From the NCBI GenBank assembly GCA_963718875.1, contig OY970378.1, forward strand, positions 605,373 to 669,372: DNA of 64,000 bases, given 5' to 3'. The position numbers and the translations under genes are program-made. This DNA is from Candidatus Parcubacteria bacterium (GTDB taxonomy: Bacteria; Patescibacteriota; Saccharimonadia; UBA4664; JBIOIQ01). Numbering within the stretch: position 1 is the stretch's first letter; each line of letters starts with the position of its first letter. Shown in pieces: positions 11,835 through 21,983 of the stretch. Under the pieces are notes generated by a model that saw only the letters and a list, made by a program, of their open reading frames with translations, ran no database searches and was not told where the DNA came from.

Positions 11835-12305
11835 ATGGTGTTTGAAGCCTTTGTCTTTAAAGGACTTACAATGGAGCCCGGTGACTTACTTAAGCTTGAG
11901 CTTGTTTGGCCTGTTAGAATGGATATCTATGCTACGGTTATAGATCTCCAAGATGACGGCGCTCTGATAGTGATAAGTCCTCAGTTCATCCCCTATATGG
12001 ACGAAAGGTGCATCACTGAGGACGAGGTTATAAGTCTAAGGCTTGAGGAAAAAGCAATTGATGCCGTTCCGCATTTGGCCCGCTGTGACATTCGTCGGGG
12101 GCAGATAGCCAGGGTGGAAACCAATGGACTAAAGATTTATCGAGGGCAGGAGCTTAGGGTAGAAGCCGATAAATCGAGTCCATTAGCGATAGTTCGAGCA
12201 GCCAGCAACGGCTTGGTGATAGGCGACGTGATAGAAAGTGTAGCTTCAGGTTTTCGGGTAATCGCTAGAGCTAGCTATTGGAGGGTATTAGGCGATTTGA
12301 TGTAG
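11835..12305 (+). CDS. Hypothetical protein
   Basis: 156 aa ORF with AAGGAG RBS. Confidence 0.6.
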   Translation: MVFEAFVFKGLTMEPGDLLKLELVWPVRMDIYATVIDLQDDGALIVISPQFIPYMDERCITEDEVISLRLEEKAIDAVPHLARCDIRRGQIARVETNGLKIYRGQELRVEADKSSPLAIVRAASNGLVIGDVIESVASGFRVIARASYWRVLGDLM

Positions 12306-12346
12306 GCTTCGTCGGGTCCCGTAATAGAGGCCTGGCGGAGCCTCTA

Positions 12347-13696
12347 TTACATGCTAGTGGCGATTTTGAGGACTTGGTCGCGGCTGAGGCGGGTATCGCC
12401 GCTAATTACGTATTGAAGACCTTTGTTAACCCAGGTGGCTTGGTTGTTATTGTAGAGATATATGGTAAGCCCTTGGTTGGCTACGCTGACATATGATTTG
12501 GCTTTAGTATTGACAAACATTTGTAGTAAAGCTGCACTATCCCAAGTGGTTTTTTGTTGAGTAATAGTTAAGGGGGAGGCGGAGTTAGGTGACTTAAATC
12601 CAAGAGTCACAAATCCGGGGCCGTACGATACGGGGCCGTTAAGGCTAAAGCTGTTAGGAACGTACCCAGGAAAACTAGCTTCGATCCCGGCTTTCTTGGA
12701 AGCTGATTTTACGCTCAAGTTATTAAAGTTGTTGAGCCAAATATACCCTCCCATAAGTACTATTGCTACCGTGGCGGCCATGATGCTTTGGGCGCGTGGC
12801 GGTGAAGCTAGAGATTGTTTAAAGTCGGTTGGGACTGGAGTTTGAGTTGCTTGGCTTGGAATCAGTTTTTTAAGTGACTCTATTTGAGTTACCACATGAT
12901 TCGGTAATTCGCCAGCAGGTTGACTGGCGTCAACGACTGACGTTACAACGACTGCGGGAGCTATAGTGTCGGGGCGGACAAATTTTTGGATATTTGAGGA
13001 CGGAGTGCTGGGTGGGGTGGTTGGAACGTTTACTAAATCAACCATTTTGGGTGTTTGGTTTATAGCAGGAGCAGTAATAGTTGAAGCTTCTTTAGTTATC
13101 GATTGAGGTGAAGGTGGAGTAACTACTGAAGGTGTTTGAATTGATGAAGTAGTTGTAACGGGAGGCGTTGAAGGTGTCGGGAGGGGTTGAGTTGTTGGGG
13201 TAGAATTTGAAAGGCTTTCATCTGGTACAATTGGCAAAGCAGAGGTTGGTGAAGGTGTTGTTAGGGGTGCAGCGGTGGCTGGAGCAGGCTCCGGCGCTGT
13301 CGGTGGGGGCGTAATCTTAGCTTCGCGTAAATCCAGTACGCCTCCAGTGCTAGTGGGAGGTGCGTTATGAAAAGATACGGCTGGTTTAACATCGCGAGTT
13401 AATATAGGCACTGGGGTTGTTGTTGGGGCAGGTTTTACATCATTCATTGATGGCGTTGAGTCGCTGGTTTGGGCAGTGGTTGCAGGTGCGGAGATGGTTG
13501 ATGGTGTTAGCGCAGGTAATGGATTAGAAACCTCTGTGACAACTGGTTTGGGTGTTACTACCGGTATAGGTGGAGTTGGTTGGATGGTGTTTGTTGATGG
13601 GCTGGCTTCGGGGGTTGAAGACTCGCCACAATTGGCACAGTACTTTTGATTCCCTATTGTAACCCAATCGCTTTTACCGCAATGCTGACACTGCAC
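12347..13696 (-). CDS. Zn-ribbon / Pro-Thr-rich membrane protein with C-terminal extracytoplasmic (DUF4367-like) domain
   Basis: CxxC-x13-CxxC, low-complexity linker, one TM, PGYVPNSF...WVNKGLQYVISG; AAGGAG RBS. Confidence 0.75.
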   Translation of the reverse strand: MQCQHCGKSDWVTIGNQKYCANCGESSTPEASPSTNTIQPTPPIPVVTPKPVVTEVSNPLPALTPSTISAPATTAQTSDSTPSMNDVKPAPTTTPVPILTRDVKPAVSFHNAPPTSTGGVLDLREAKITPPPTAPEPAPATAAPLTTPSPTSALPIVPDESLSNSTPTTQPLPTPSTPPVTTTSSIQTPSVVTPPSPQSITKEASTITAPAINQTPKMVDLVNVPTTPPSTPSSNIQKFVRPDTIAPAVVVTSVVDASQPAGELPNHVVTQIESLKKLIPSQATQTPVPTDFKQSLASPPRAQSIMAATVAIVLMGGYIWLNNFNNLSVKSASKKAGIEASFPGYVPNSFSLNGPVSYGPGFVTLGFKSPNSASPLTITQQKTTWDSAALLQMFVNTKAKSYVSVANQGLTIYLYNNNQATWVNKGLQYVISGDTRLSRDQVLKIATSM

Positions 13697-14067
13697 GCTA
13701 TGTTTCTCCTTTACGCTTATGGTACTACATAAGCGTAAGCTTAATCAAGTGATTGTTAGGCTCAACTAATTCGAATTCTTTTAATACTTCCATAACTGAG
13801 CTTTAATTTTGGGCTTCTAGTAATGTGGTATTCTTAGCTACTAACCTTACTCAACCTGCTTGTTGTGGACCGATCCGGCAGCCCCTTTGGCCTTATGTCC
13901 TTTTTGTGTTTGTGAATTTGTACTACGGAGTAGTACGGTGTACTACAAACAGAGCTATGCAAAAAAAAATATAAGAACCCGTTGAGTCCAAAAGACTAGT
14001 TTATCTTAATCGGGCAAGATACAGATCTTTAAACAGAGGTGTTAATTCGAGTAAAGTGAGCTATCCA

Positions 14068-14910
14068 TTAAGGTTTTTGTGGGTTGAGAAAGACAACTTT
14101 TACTATTAAGCCTGCTACGGATTTCCAAACGCGAGTAAAACGATTGGGCTGGGTGGCTAGGCGCCAAAAAGACTCAACCCCTAGTTTATGAACCCAACTA
14201 GGTGGTCTTATTTGTCGGAAAGCGGAGCCGATTGGCTTGGCTCCAACATAGGCATCAAACGTGCCACCAACGCCAATTGTAAGATTTGCTTGCAAGTGAT
14301 CCTTGTGTGCGTGGATAAATAATTCTTGTTTTGGTGATCCATAGGCAACAAATAAAAAATTGGTAGCTACGACGTTTTTTAAAATGGTCTTGGGTTCCTC
14401 TGGATTGCCCTCAAATGTTCCGGCTACGCGTAGGCTTGGGTATTGTGCTTTGGCTTTTTGGGAAGCTTTTTGGGCTACGCCGGGCCCTCCACCAAGAAAG
14501 AATACTTTATAGCCATTGGATTGGGCATGTTTGAGTAGGTCTTCAAATAACAATCGGCCGGTCGTACGATGTTTAACGGCTTTTGCAGCTGACGACGGAA
14601 CAAATAATAGTCCTAGTAAGCTGGGAAGAGCTCGAAAGATGTTTATTAACAATGGGTAGTGCTTGCGCCTAAACGCAGCCGCCCATTGCACACCAATACC
14701 GTCGCATAGGCGTAAAGACGCTTCGTCTAGGGCTTGCTTAAAAGATAATGATGAAACACTTAATTGTAACAATTCCGAGTTCACAGTGGCTAGGTATTCG
14801 TGTTGCCCAGCTTTTATGACTGCATCACAATAGTCCAAAATCTCATGTAATGAAGGGTCATCGATGGTTAAATCAAAAACTTTAGTTTTAGCCACTTTTT
14901 TTAACCTCAT
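14068..14910 (-). CDS. WecB/TagA/CpsF family glycosyltransferase
   Basis: TVNSE, CDGIGV, FFLGG, GSPKQE, GVGGTFD. Confidence 0.9.
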   Translation of the reverse strand: MRLKKVAKTKVFDLTIDDPSLHEILDYCDAVIKAGQHEYLATVNSELLQLSVSSLSFKQALDEASLRLCDGIGVQWAAAFRRKHYPLLINIFRALPSLLGLLFVPSSAAKAVKHRTTGRLLFEDLLKHAQSNGYKVFFLGGGPGVAQKASQKAKAQYPSLRVAGTFEGNPEEPKTILKNVVATNFLFVAYGSPKQELFIHAHKDHLQANLTIGVGGTFDAYVGAKPIGSAFRQIRPPSWVHKLGVESFWRLATQPNRFTRVWKSVAGLIVKVVFLNPQKP

Positions 14911-16195
14911 GAGATAGGTCTGTGATAGCCACCCCCGCTACCCCCCAAAATATTAATGCAGTCGAGCTGTCGCTCCAGGTGTGAAGGAACAGGTTACTGG
15001 CGCCCAAGCCGACAAGTGCAGCTAAGCACGGAATAGCTATGAGGCTTGTTTTGCGCAAAGAAAATAATTTTATGGCCAGAAGCCAGTTTATGACTACGAA
15101 TAAGATTAACCCCGCAATGCCGACCTCAACAGCAACCTGTAGGTAGTAGTTCTCGGTTATTAAACTATCTTTTGTTTGATTAGATGCTGGACCAGCTGTC
15201 CCTAGCCCTCTCCCCCACGGTTGCTGCATGATGCTTGAAATACCGCGTTCGAGCCCGGTAATGTGCCCTTGGTTGGAGGTCTGGAATGGGCTACCGGTGC
15301 TTTGGCTGTGCAGTAAATAATATTCTAGTTTGGGAAATTTGGCCTGCAGCGAATTAAACTGGCTTAAAGCGACTAAAGCACAAGTGATTGCGACGGCTCC
15401 TATTATTGCCGTGATCTTAGCTTTTAGACTTAGAATTGCAGTAATTGCCATTGCTATGACTGCCCCTATCCATGCGCTGCGCGAGTAAGTATGGAAAAGC
15501 ACAAATAAAACCGCTGCCATAGGGATGGTTAGGATGTACTGGCGTCGCTTTATGATTAAAAAAAGCAACAGACATAGGGGTAAAATTAAAAAACTACCAA
15601 GCTGGTTGGGCCCAGCTAAGGTTGAAAGAATGCGAACGCTACCTGGAACTGCAGGGTCCACTAGGTGGTATGGTAAAAGTGTTCCGGCTCCGTATCCAAA
15701 ATTGGTCAAAAAAGCCTTATCCAAGACTACTACCTGTAGGACTCCAAAAGCCGCTACTACCGCAGTTGTAACAACAAGTAGTTTTATTAACCGGTCTTTA
15801 ACGTTTTTGCGGCTAACTACTTGTGCAATCAATAAAAGAGCTAGAAACTCTAGATTGATTTTGGCTCCATACCAAAAATGGCGGCTACCGAAGCCATGGT
15901 TTACTAAACTAACTACCAGACTAAGGACTGCAAAGCCGATAATAACTAGGTTTATTGGCTGCCCTAAGATTTTACGATTGCTGGGATATGCTACGAATAG
16001 CCAGGCTGTAGCTAAGCCCAGGGTCACTATTAGTATATCTTTCCAGGCTTGGATCAAAGATTGGTGGCCAACTAAACTACCAAAACAAACACTTAAAAAG
16101 GCGTGAAATGGCATAAGAGCTATAAGTATCAATATGCCCCATTGAACAAAATTCTGAATTTTTGGGCTGAATGAGCTAGCCTTGTCGCGGCTCAC
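14888..16195 (-). CDS. O-antigen ligase-like membrane protein
   Basis: Multi-TM; GPNQLG, TYSRSAWIG, GRGLG, ENYYLQVAVEVG. Confidence 0.85.
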   Translation of the reverse strand: MSRDKASSFSPKIQNFVQWGILILIALMPFHAFLSVCFGSLVGHQSLIQAWKDILIVTLGLATAWLFVAYPSNRKILGQPINLVIIGFAVLSLVVSLVNHGFGSRHFWYGAKINLEFLALLLIAQVVSRKNVKDRLIKLLVVTTAVVAAFGVLQVVVLDKAFLTNFGYGAGTLLPYHLVDPAVPGSVRILSTLAGPNQLGSFLILPLCLLLFLIIKRRQYILTIPMAAVLFVLFHTYSRSAWIGAVIAMAITAILSLKAKITAIIGAVAITCALVALSQFNSLQAKFPKLEYYLLHSQSTGSPFQTSNQGHITGLERGISSIMQQPWGRGLGTAGPASNQTKDSLITENYYLQVAVEVGIAGLILFVVINWLLAIKLFSLRKTSLIAIPCLAALVGLGASNLFLHTWSDSSTALIFWGVAGVAITDLSHEVKKSG

Positions 16196-16196
16196 G

Positions 16197-17204
16197 TTAT
16201 TTTATCCCGGCCAAACTGCGTTTATACTCGTCAAGATTATCTAAAGCTATTCCTGTTCCGCGGGCTACGCAGAGCATTGCATCTTCAGCTACTACGCATG
16301 GTACGCCCGTAATGTTGGTGAGCATTTTGTCGATGTTCTTTAAAAGCGCTCCTCCTCCGCTTAAAATCATGCCTCTGTCGATAATATCGCTGGAAAGCTC
16401 GGGCGGAGTTTGTTCAAGGACGGCTCGAATAGCTAAAACAATTTTTTCTAGTTCATCGGCCATGGCTTCGGTTAGTTCGTTGGAGTGGATGGTAATGGTC
16501 TTGGGTAACCCTGCAATAACATCTCGTCCTCGAACTTCAAGCGAGCGGTCTTTGGTAAGAATAAGGGCACTACCAAGTTTGTGTTTGATCTCTTCAGATG
16601 TGCGGTCACCAATAGCTAAGCTATATTTCCGCCGGACATAATCAGCGATGGCGTTGTCGATTCTATTTCCTCCGACCCTAATACTATTTTGAGCAACAAC
16701 CCCACCTAGGGATAATATGGCTATTTCGGTACTACCCCCACCAATATCAACCACCATATTGCCAGCAGCTGAGGCGATTGGGATTCCGGCGCCAATTGCA
16801 GCAGCAACCGGCTCTTTAATAATGTAAGCAGCGCGTGCGCCGGCTGCTAATGTAGCATCAACTACTGCCCGCCGTTCAGTAGAGGTGGCTCCGGCGGGAA
16901 CACTCACCATCACGTCCGGTCGGCTTAAGCGAAACCCTCCTGAGACCTTGGTAATGTAGTGGTGAATCATGGCTTGAGTAGTGCGGTAGTCGGCTATTAC
17001 TCCATCGCGCAAAGGCCTTGAGGCTACGATGGTGTCTGGCGTTCTACCGAGCATCTCGCGGGCTTCTTGCCCGATGGCAACAATACGGTTGTCTGCGACA
17101 TTAATGGCCACTACGCTGGGTTCATTAAAAACAATCCCCCGCTTAGGAACGTATACGAGGACATTGGCTGTGCCCAAATCTATGGCTATGCGTTTACCGA
17201 ACAT
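16197..17204 (-). CDS. mreB: Rod shape-determining protein MreB
   Basis: IDLGTAN, VDIGGGSTE, LSGGGALL. Confidence 0.97.
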   Translation of the reverse strand: MFGKRIAIDLGTANVLVYVPKRGIVFNEPSVVAINVADNRIVAIGQEAREMLGRTPDTIVASRPLRDGVIADYRTTQAMIHHYITKVSGGFRLSRPDVMVSVPAGATSTERRAVVDATLAAGARAAYIIKEPVAAAIGAGIPIASAAGNMVVDIGGGSTEIAILSLGGVVAQNSIRVGGNRIDNAIADYVRRKYSLAIGDRTSEEIKHKLGSALILTKDRSLEVRGRDVIAGLPKTITIHSNELTEAMADELEKIVLAIRAVLEQTPPELSSDIIDRGMILSGGGALLKNIDKMLTNITGVPCVVAEDAMLCVARGTGIALDNLDEYKRSLAGIK

Positions 17205-17327
17205 ATTCCCATAGTATAACGCAGAGCGTTAAAATGTGTAATTCGAATGAAGTGTGGTTCTATACATTTCTAGTCAAGCAGCTTCACGTTGGACGTTCGA
17301 CGTTGTAAGCGGTATAGTGGGTCTGCA

Positions 17328-18710
17328 ATGATAAGAAGAGCTTTTATACTCATATCTTATGCGGTTACGACCGTGGCCGTACTGACGGCTACTATAATAT
17401 TGGTCGAATTGGGCCAAGGTTATAGCTATGACTTCAAGACCGGAAACTTTGGTATAAATGGTTTGCTGTCGATTAACTCTACTCCTCCTGCTGCCAACCT
17501 CATCATAAACGGTAAAGCAATTCATCGTGATACTCCATACCGGAGCACACTGAAAACCGGTAGTTATGCCCTTGAGCTACGCAAAAACGGTTTTCGTACT
17601 TGGCAAAAACAGGTTGATATCTTGCCATTTCAGGTCCTAAATCTTGAATCGATTTTTTTAATTCCCAATATCATTCCAGACAAGGAGTTAACGAGCAGCC
17701 ACATTATTACTGATTTTGTTAGCAGCCGAGGGAAAAAGCACTTTGCCTTTGTTACTGGTGACCCGGCTCCGGCTGTTTGGGTGTTAGATGTTAATAACGG
17801 TCCTGGAACCAAGGTATACTCTGCAGCAATTGCTACGCCGGAGAGTCCAGCCGAAGTGATCTCTAGTGCAAGTTGGTCAAATGACGGTAGTCATCTTTTG
17901 GTGGTAAGTAAGATTGGTGAAACGCCGCTTTATAATATTGTAAATGCCAATGGGGGTGCGCCCATTAACTTGACAGATCTTTTTAGACTCGACTTAACAG
18001 GGTTAAGGTTTAGCTCTTATGATTGGCAAGAACTGTATTGGAATAGTCCCGAGGGGTTGCGCCGCTTAAATGTTGGCAACAAGACAACTTCGGCGGTGCT
18101 GGCTGATAAGGTTAGCAGCTTCACGTTTGCAGGCGAGAGAATTATATATGTTCAAACAACTGCACTTGGTCAGTCAGTATGGTCTATGGATCGCTCAGGT
18201 GGTAATCAAAAGCAGCTGATCGAGTCCTTAGCTAATAGCGGCTCGTATCAAATGGCCTATGCTAGTTATCGCGGACGGGATGCTTTAGCTACCTTGCCCC
18301 AAGGTTCTTCGACGGCTACGATCTATCTGGATATTTTTTCTTCCAATCCGGTATCTAAAGTAGTGTCAAAAAGCGCTGCGCATATTAGCTTTAGTGATAA
18401 TGGCCGCCATTTAGCGTTTTATGGTGGCGGTAGCTATGGTGTGTACGACCTGGAAAAAAATTCTTTAATTCTGTCTAAGTCACTTTCAAGTGTAATAACC
18501 TGTCTTAATTGGTTTGATCTGGCGCATGTGGTTATTTGTAGGGCTGGTGAAGTTGCCGTGGCTGAGCTAGATGGGGCAAACTTGGTTAAGATAAGTGCGA
18601 TCGCTGAAGGTATACCAGCTTTTGGCGGTTCCGATTTACGTCACATCTATGTTGTTGTGCCGACTGGTGCTGGCAAGATGTCGGTACATAGGTTTCGAGT
18701 TAAACAGTGA
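17328..18710 (+). CDS. PEGA-domain / beta-propeller membrane-anchored protein
   Basis: N-terminal TM, GLLSINSTP..GSYALELRKNGFRTWQK PEGA motif, SWSNDG/SFSDNG repeats. Confidence 0.8.
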   Translation: MIRRAFILISYAVTTVAVLTATIILVELGQGYSYDFKTGNFGINGLLSINSTPPAANLIINGKAIHRDTPYRSTLKTGSYALELRKNGFRTWQKQVDILPFQVLNLESIFLIPNIIPDKELTSSHIITDFVSSRGKKHFAFVTGDPAPAVWVLDVNNGPGTKVYSAAIATPESPAEVISSASWSNDGSHLLVVSKIGETPLYNIVNANGGAPINLTDLFRLDLTGLRFSSYDWQELYWNSPEGLRRLNVGNKTTSAVLADKVSSFTFAGERIIYVQTTALGQSVWSMDRSGGNQKQLIESLANSGSYQMAYASYRGRDALATLPQGSSTATIYLDIFSSNPVSKVVSKSAAHISFSDNGRHLAFYGGGSYGVYDLEKNSLILSKSLSSVITCLNWFDLAHVVICRAGEVAVAELDGANLVKISAIAEGIPAFGGSDLRHIYVVVPTGAGKMSVHRFRVKQ

Positions 18711-18746
18711 GATCAAATCCTCATAGTTTAATTGGGTTGTAGCGTT

Positions 18747-19793
18747 TCATTCGATAGGTGATGTTACTTGGATCGGTTTATTGGAAATTCCGTTCCCTAC
18801 TCCTTGCCAGAACTGACCAATTTGCTGCCACAGCGTTGGAGAGCTCCCTGGTAGGATAGGCGCAGTTGAACTGGTTGAAGTGGTCGGTGCCGGTGCGCTG
18901 TTGCCTACAGACGGGCTAATTTGTTTGGCGGTAACAATAAGGCGTTTTAAGCTTGTACCGGTTGGCCAGCAGGTTATAAGCGTGACTATAGGCTCTGAGC
19001 TTGGCGTCAGCACACTTAGGTCGGTTGCCTCAACTACCTTGGAGTTCATTACTTGGTAGATGTAGCGCTTGGAGTTATAGTTCATACTAAAGGTATCTCC
19101 AGCCACAAGTTTATCTAATAATACAAACACAAACTTGTAGTTACCTGGTTGCCACCAATCGTTTGAGGAGTGTCCAAAAAGCACAATGTTCCCGATCTGA
19201 CCTGGCACGGCGGTGTTTGGATAGTGCACTATCCCATTTTCTAGTTCGGGGTCGTAGTTAGGGCTGTTAGCGGTTGACGTTGGGTAGACTACCGGTGCGC
19301 TGACATTAATTTTAGGGATGGTCATAAGAGGTTCGGGAGAAACGGTTTCGGCAATGGCGTTGTTTGTAGGTGGAGTAATTTGAGTCTCGGCAGTGCGGTC
19401 TGACAGTAAGAAGTTGATTTGGTTGTACAAAACAGGAGCTTTAAAAAGCATTAAAATGAACAAGAATGTGGCTAGGGCACTAAGAATAGGCTTAAGCTTT
19501 CCGGTTCGAGCCTTGGAGACTTTTTTAACCTTTTGAGGAAGATGGCGCATGTTTTCTTCGGCAGGCGAAACGGGGTTGGGGTATGGCAAAGCAGTTGAGT
19601 TTTTAGAGTGGCTAAGAGTGGTTGGGGTGGAGCCTTGATAGGCGGGACGATTTAGTTGGCTAATTTTTTGGCGCGCTGCAGCTACCGCAGTTGCTTGGCT
19701 TACTGTAGGCGTAGTGGTGCCATTTGGAGCCGGCTCAGTGCCGGGAACGAAAGGGCGGATTGATAATGTGTTGTCGTTTGTTGCACTATCCAT
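18747..19793 (-). CDS. Sortase family protein
   Basis: IPKINVSAP, GNIVLFGHS, TLITC and downstream R catalytic residues. Confidence 0.9.
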   Translation of the reverse strand: MDSATNDNTLSIRPFVPGTEPAPNGTTTPTVSQATAVAAARQKISQLNRPAYQGSTPTTLSHSKNSTALPYPNPVSPAEENMRHLPQKVKKVSKARTGKLKPILSALATFLFILMLFKAPVLYNQINFLLSDRTAETQITPPTNNAIAETVSPEPLMTIPKINVSAPVVYPTSTANSPNYDPELENGIVHYPNTAVPGQIGNIVLFGHSSNDWWQPGNYKFVFVLLDKLVAGDTFSMNYNSKRYIYQVMNSKVVEATDLSVLTPSSEPIVTLITCWPTGTSLKRLIVTAKQISPSVGNSAPAPTTSTSSTAPILPGSSPTLWQQIGQFWQGVGNGISNKPIQVTSPIE

Positions 19794-19865
19794 GCTTTGC
19801 TTTTTGCTTCTTTCTCGCCTATTATAGTACAGATCAGGTTAGATTTGTATGATTTACGTTTACGT

Positions 19866-19952
19866 GCCGCTGTGGTGGAATTGGTAGACACGCGGGACTC
19901 AAAATCCCGTGCTAGCAATAGCGTGTCGGTTCGAGCCCGACCAGCGGTACCA
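19866..19952 (+). tRNA. tRNA-Leu(CAA)
   Basis: Cloverleaf with long variable arm, anticodon loop CTCAAAA, GGTTCGA, CCA end. Confidence 0.95.
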
Positions 19953-20032
19953 GGATGAGCGCCGGAGTCATCGGACGCTCATCCTGGTGCGTTTGGCGAG
20001 GGCGAGAAGTTTACCCCGGACTACGATCCGGG

Positions 20033-20047
20033 GAGCCCGACCAGCGG
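20033..20047 (+). repeat. 15-bp duplicate of the tRNA-Leu 3' end (att-like)
   Basis: GAGCCCGACCAGCGG at 19933-19947 and at 20033-20047. Confidence 0.75.
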
Positions 20048-20101
20048 CATCAGTCTGAATTCTTGACGTCAGAACGCCGTCTTTTTTGTTATGATTGTAA
20101 T

Positions 20102-20551
20102 ATGTATAAGCCGAGCTCATTGTTTGAACGCACAGAGGATGAGCGTCAAGATCCTTTTTTATCTTGGCAACGTGATGACCAAGCATTTTTTGCTTCCGGG
20201 GCCTGTCATATTCTTGCGGAAGTGTTTCGTCAGCTGCACTATGGTGAAAACTACGAAATAGTCTTTATTAAACCTTTTGAGGGACTTCCAGGAACGCACA
20301 TATATGCAAGTAATGGCAAGTGGGCTTTTGACCATAATGGCTGGACACTCGAAGCAGAGCTAGCGAAAACCACTAAAGACGTATACCGAAAAAGTTACGC
20401 TAAATGGAGTTTTGAAAGAATCATAGTAAAAGACGACCTAGAGACTTTTTGCCGAAAGAATAATCACCGTCAGCCATGGCAGTTTGCATATTTGCCGTGG
20501 GAGCGAGCATACAACTACATTAAGCTTTTCCCGGGTTCGCCTCCATCATAA
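20102..20551 (+). CDS. Hypothetical protein (possible Cys/His catalytic pair: GACH...HIY)
   Basis: ORF from MYKPSSLF with TATGAT 6 nt upstream. Confidence 0.65.
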   Translation: MYKPSSLFERTEDERQDPFLSWQRDDQAFFASGACHILAEVFRQLHYGENYEIVFIKPFEGLPGTHIYASNGKWAFDHNGWTLEAELAKTTKDVYRKSYAKWSFERIIVKDDLETFCRKNNHRQPWQFAYLPWERAYNYIKLFPGSPPS

Positions 20552-20708
20552 TTTGGTTCTAGTAAACTAAAGACTACTAGTTTTTCTGGATAGTTGCTTG
20601 AGCCCAACCTACGAGCGACACCAAAACTCGTTTTACGAGTGCATCTTTTCAGCTATTCGACTAGATGTAATGGAAATTTAGAATTTAGACGAGAAGCAGA
20701 AGTTTATA

Positions 20709-21563
20709 CTAAATTGCGCTTATCGCTTGGCTTATAGCCTTAGACACGCTGGCGGTACTTGCTGATTTATCGCTTGATAGCCTTTTTGATATATCTTGAA
20801 TTACGTAGGCGGCAGTTGTTAACTGTTCAAAAGTTTGTTTGTGAGTCCAAAAAACGCTCATCATAGCGTAGTTCGCTAGTATAAGCTTGGGGTTTATACT
20901 TGGAGTAACGGATGTTTTGCCTTGACTAACAACAATTATCTCCTGTTCGCAACAAACAAGGCTTGCTTGCAACTCTTGGGCAACAGTTTGAACAATCTCG
21001 ACCCGGCCTAATAATCCTTGTTCTGGGCGCACGTTTAGAGCTATCGTAAGCTTACCAGCCAGCTTGAATAGTTCTGCCATCGACACGACCAAGCAGATAT
21101 CGGATTTTTCGGTAATGATTTTAAGGTCTAAAGTTACAATATCAATAGCGTCTAGGTAAAGACAAGATGGGCGCTTAGATTCGTTTAAGCACCTTTCTAC
21201 GACTACAGTGGTTTCGCTGTTATTACTTAGGTTGGCTCCAGTAGAAATAGCATCGTGCTCAAGCGCAATATTGGTTAGTTCGCCTAAAGCTCCTTTGCCA
21301 ATTGAGCCTGACGGACTGGACGGAATAAAATATGTATCGTCAATATTTTGCAGAAATGGTCTCAAGCTATCAGGTAGGGCTATCGTGCAATGACCGATCC
21401 CGCTTGCTAAAGCGTATTGGTAAACTGCCTGAATGGTGGCAAACTCGTCGCGGTGGCCACCGATCAACAGCAAGCGACCTGAAGAGTTCTTAGTGAGGGG
21501 GCGGTTCCATAGCACTTTTGGATAGAGTGGGGCATTTGACTGGATAAGGTACGGCTGGTCCAT
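20709..21563 (-). CDS. YjeF C-terminal / NAD(P)HX dehydratase-like ribokinase-fold protein
   Basis: SGRLLLIGG, ALASGIG; divergent. Confidence 0.7.
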   Translation of the reverse strand: MDQPYLIQSNAPLYPKVLWNRPLTKNSSGRLLLIGGHRDEFATIQAVYQYALASGIGHCTIALPDSLRPFLQNIDDTYFIPSSPSGSIGKGALGELTNIALEHDAISTGANLSNNSETTVVVERCLNESKRPSCLYLDAIDIVTLDLKIITEKSDICLVVSMAELFKLAGKLTIALNVRPEQGLLGRVEIVQTVAQELQASLVCCEQEIIVVSQGKTSVTPSINPKLILANYAMMSVFWTHKQTFEQLTTAAYVIQDISKRLSSDKSASTASVSKAISQAISAI

Positions 21564-21644
21564 TAGCCTATTGTACTGCTAGGGTAGCAATAAACAACAC
21601 AGTCTGTTAAGTAGAGATAGAAACCCTAGATGTCTTTATATATT

Positions 21645-21854
21645 CTAATACAAGTGTTCGTCTAGCTGTTCGTAGTAAATTGGCATGGCGTGACCGCTTT
21701 GGTGATGCTCTACTAGTGATTCTGCTGTTTCTTCTTCGATTCCCAAGTGCATGATGCGTTGGACTTTGCCCATTGCCGTGTCTTCCGAAAACAGAATGTC
21801 TTCGATCGCAGGCGCGTAGTCGAACGGCTTAGGAAACTGGTTCATTCCGTCCAT
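21645..21854 (-). CDS. Small hypothetical protein
   Basis: GAGGAGG RBS before MDGMNQF. Confidence 0.6.
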   Translation of the reverse strand: MDGMNQFPKPFDYAPAIEDILFSEDTAMGKVQRIMHLGIEEETAESLVEHHQSGHAMPIYYEQLDEHLY

Positions 21855-21983
21855 GATAATCCCTCCTCTAATTGGATTTAAGCATAGGCTTATCGCCGGC
21901 CAATTTGATACGGCGTAACGCCAATTTTTGGTCAATTTTAGATATTTATATTAAGCAGTTTGGCTGATATTTGGTATTAAAGC

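Noticed and set aside
19955-20101. N-terminal extension of the ORF-track call 19955-20551
   Set aside because: Runs through the tRNA-adjacent hairpins and repeat; better start at 20102 with a -10-like element
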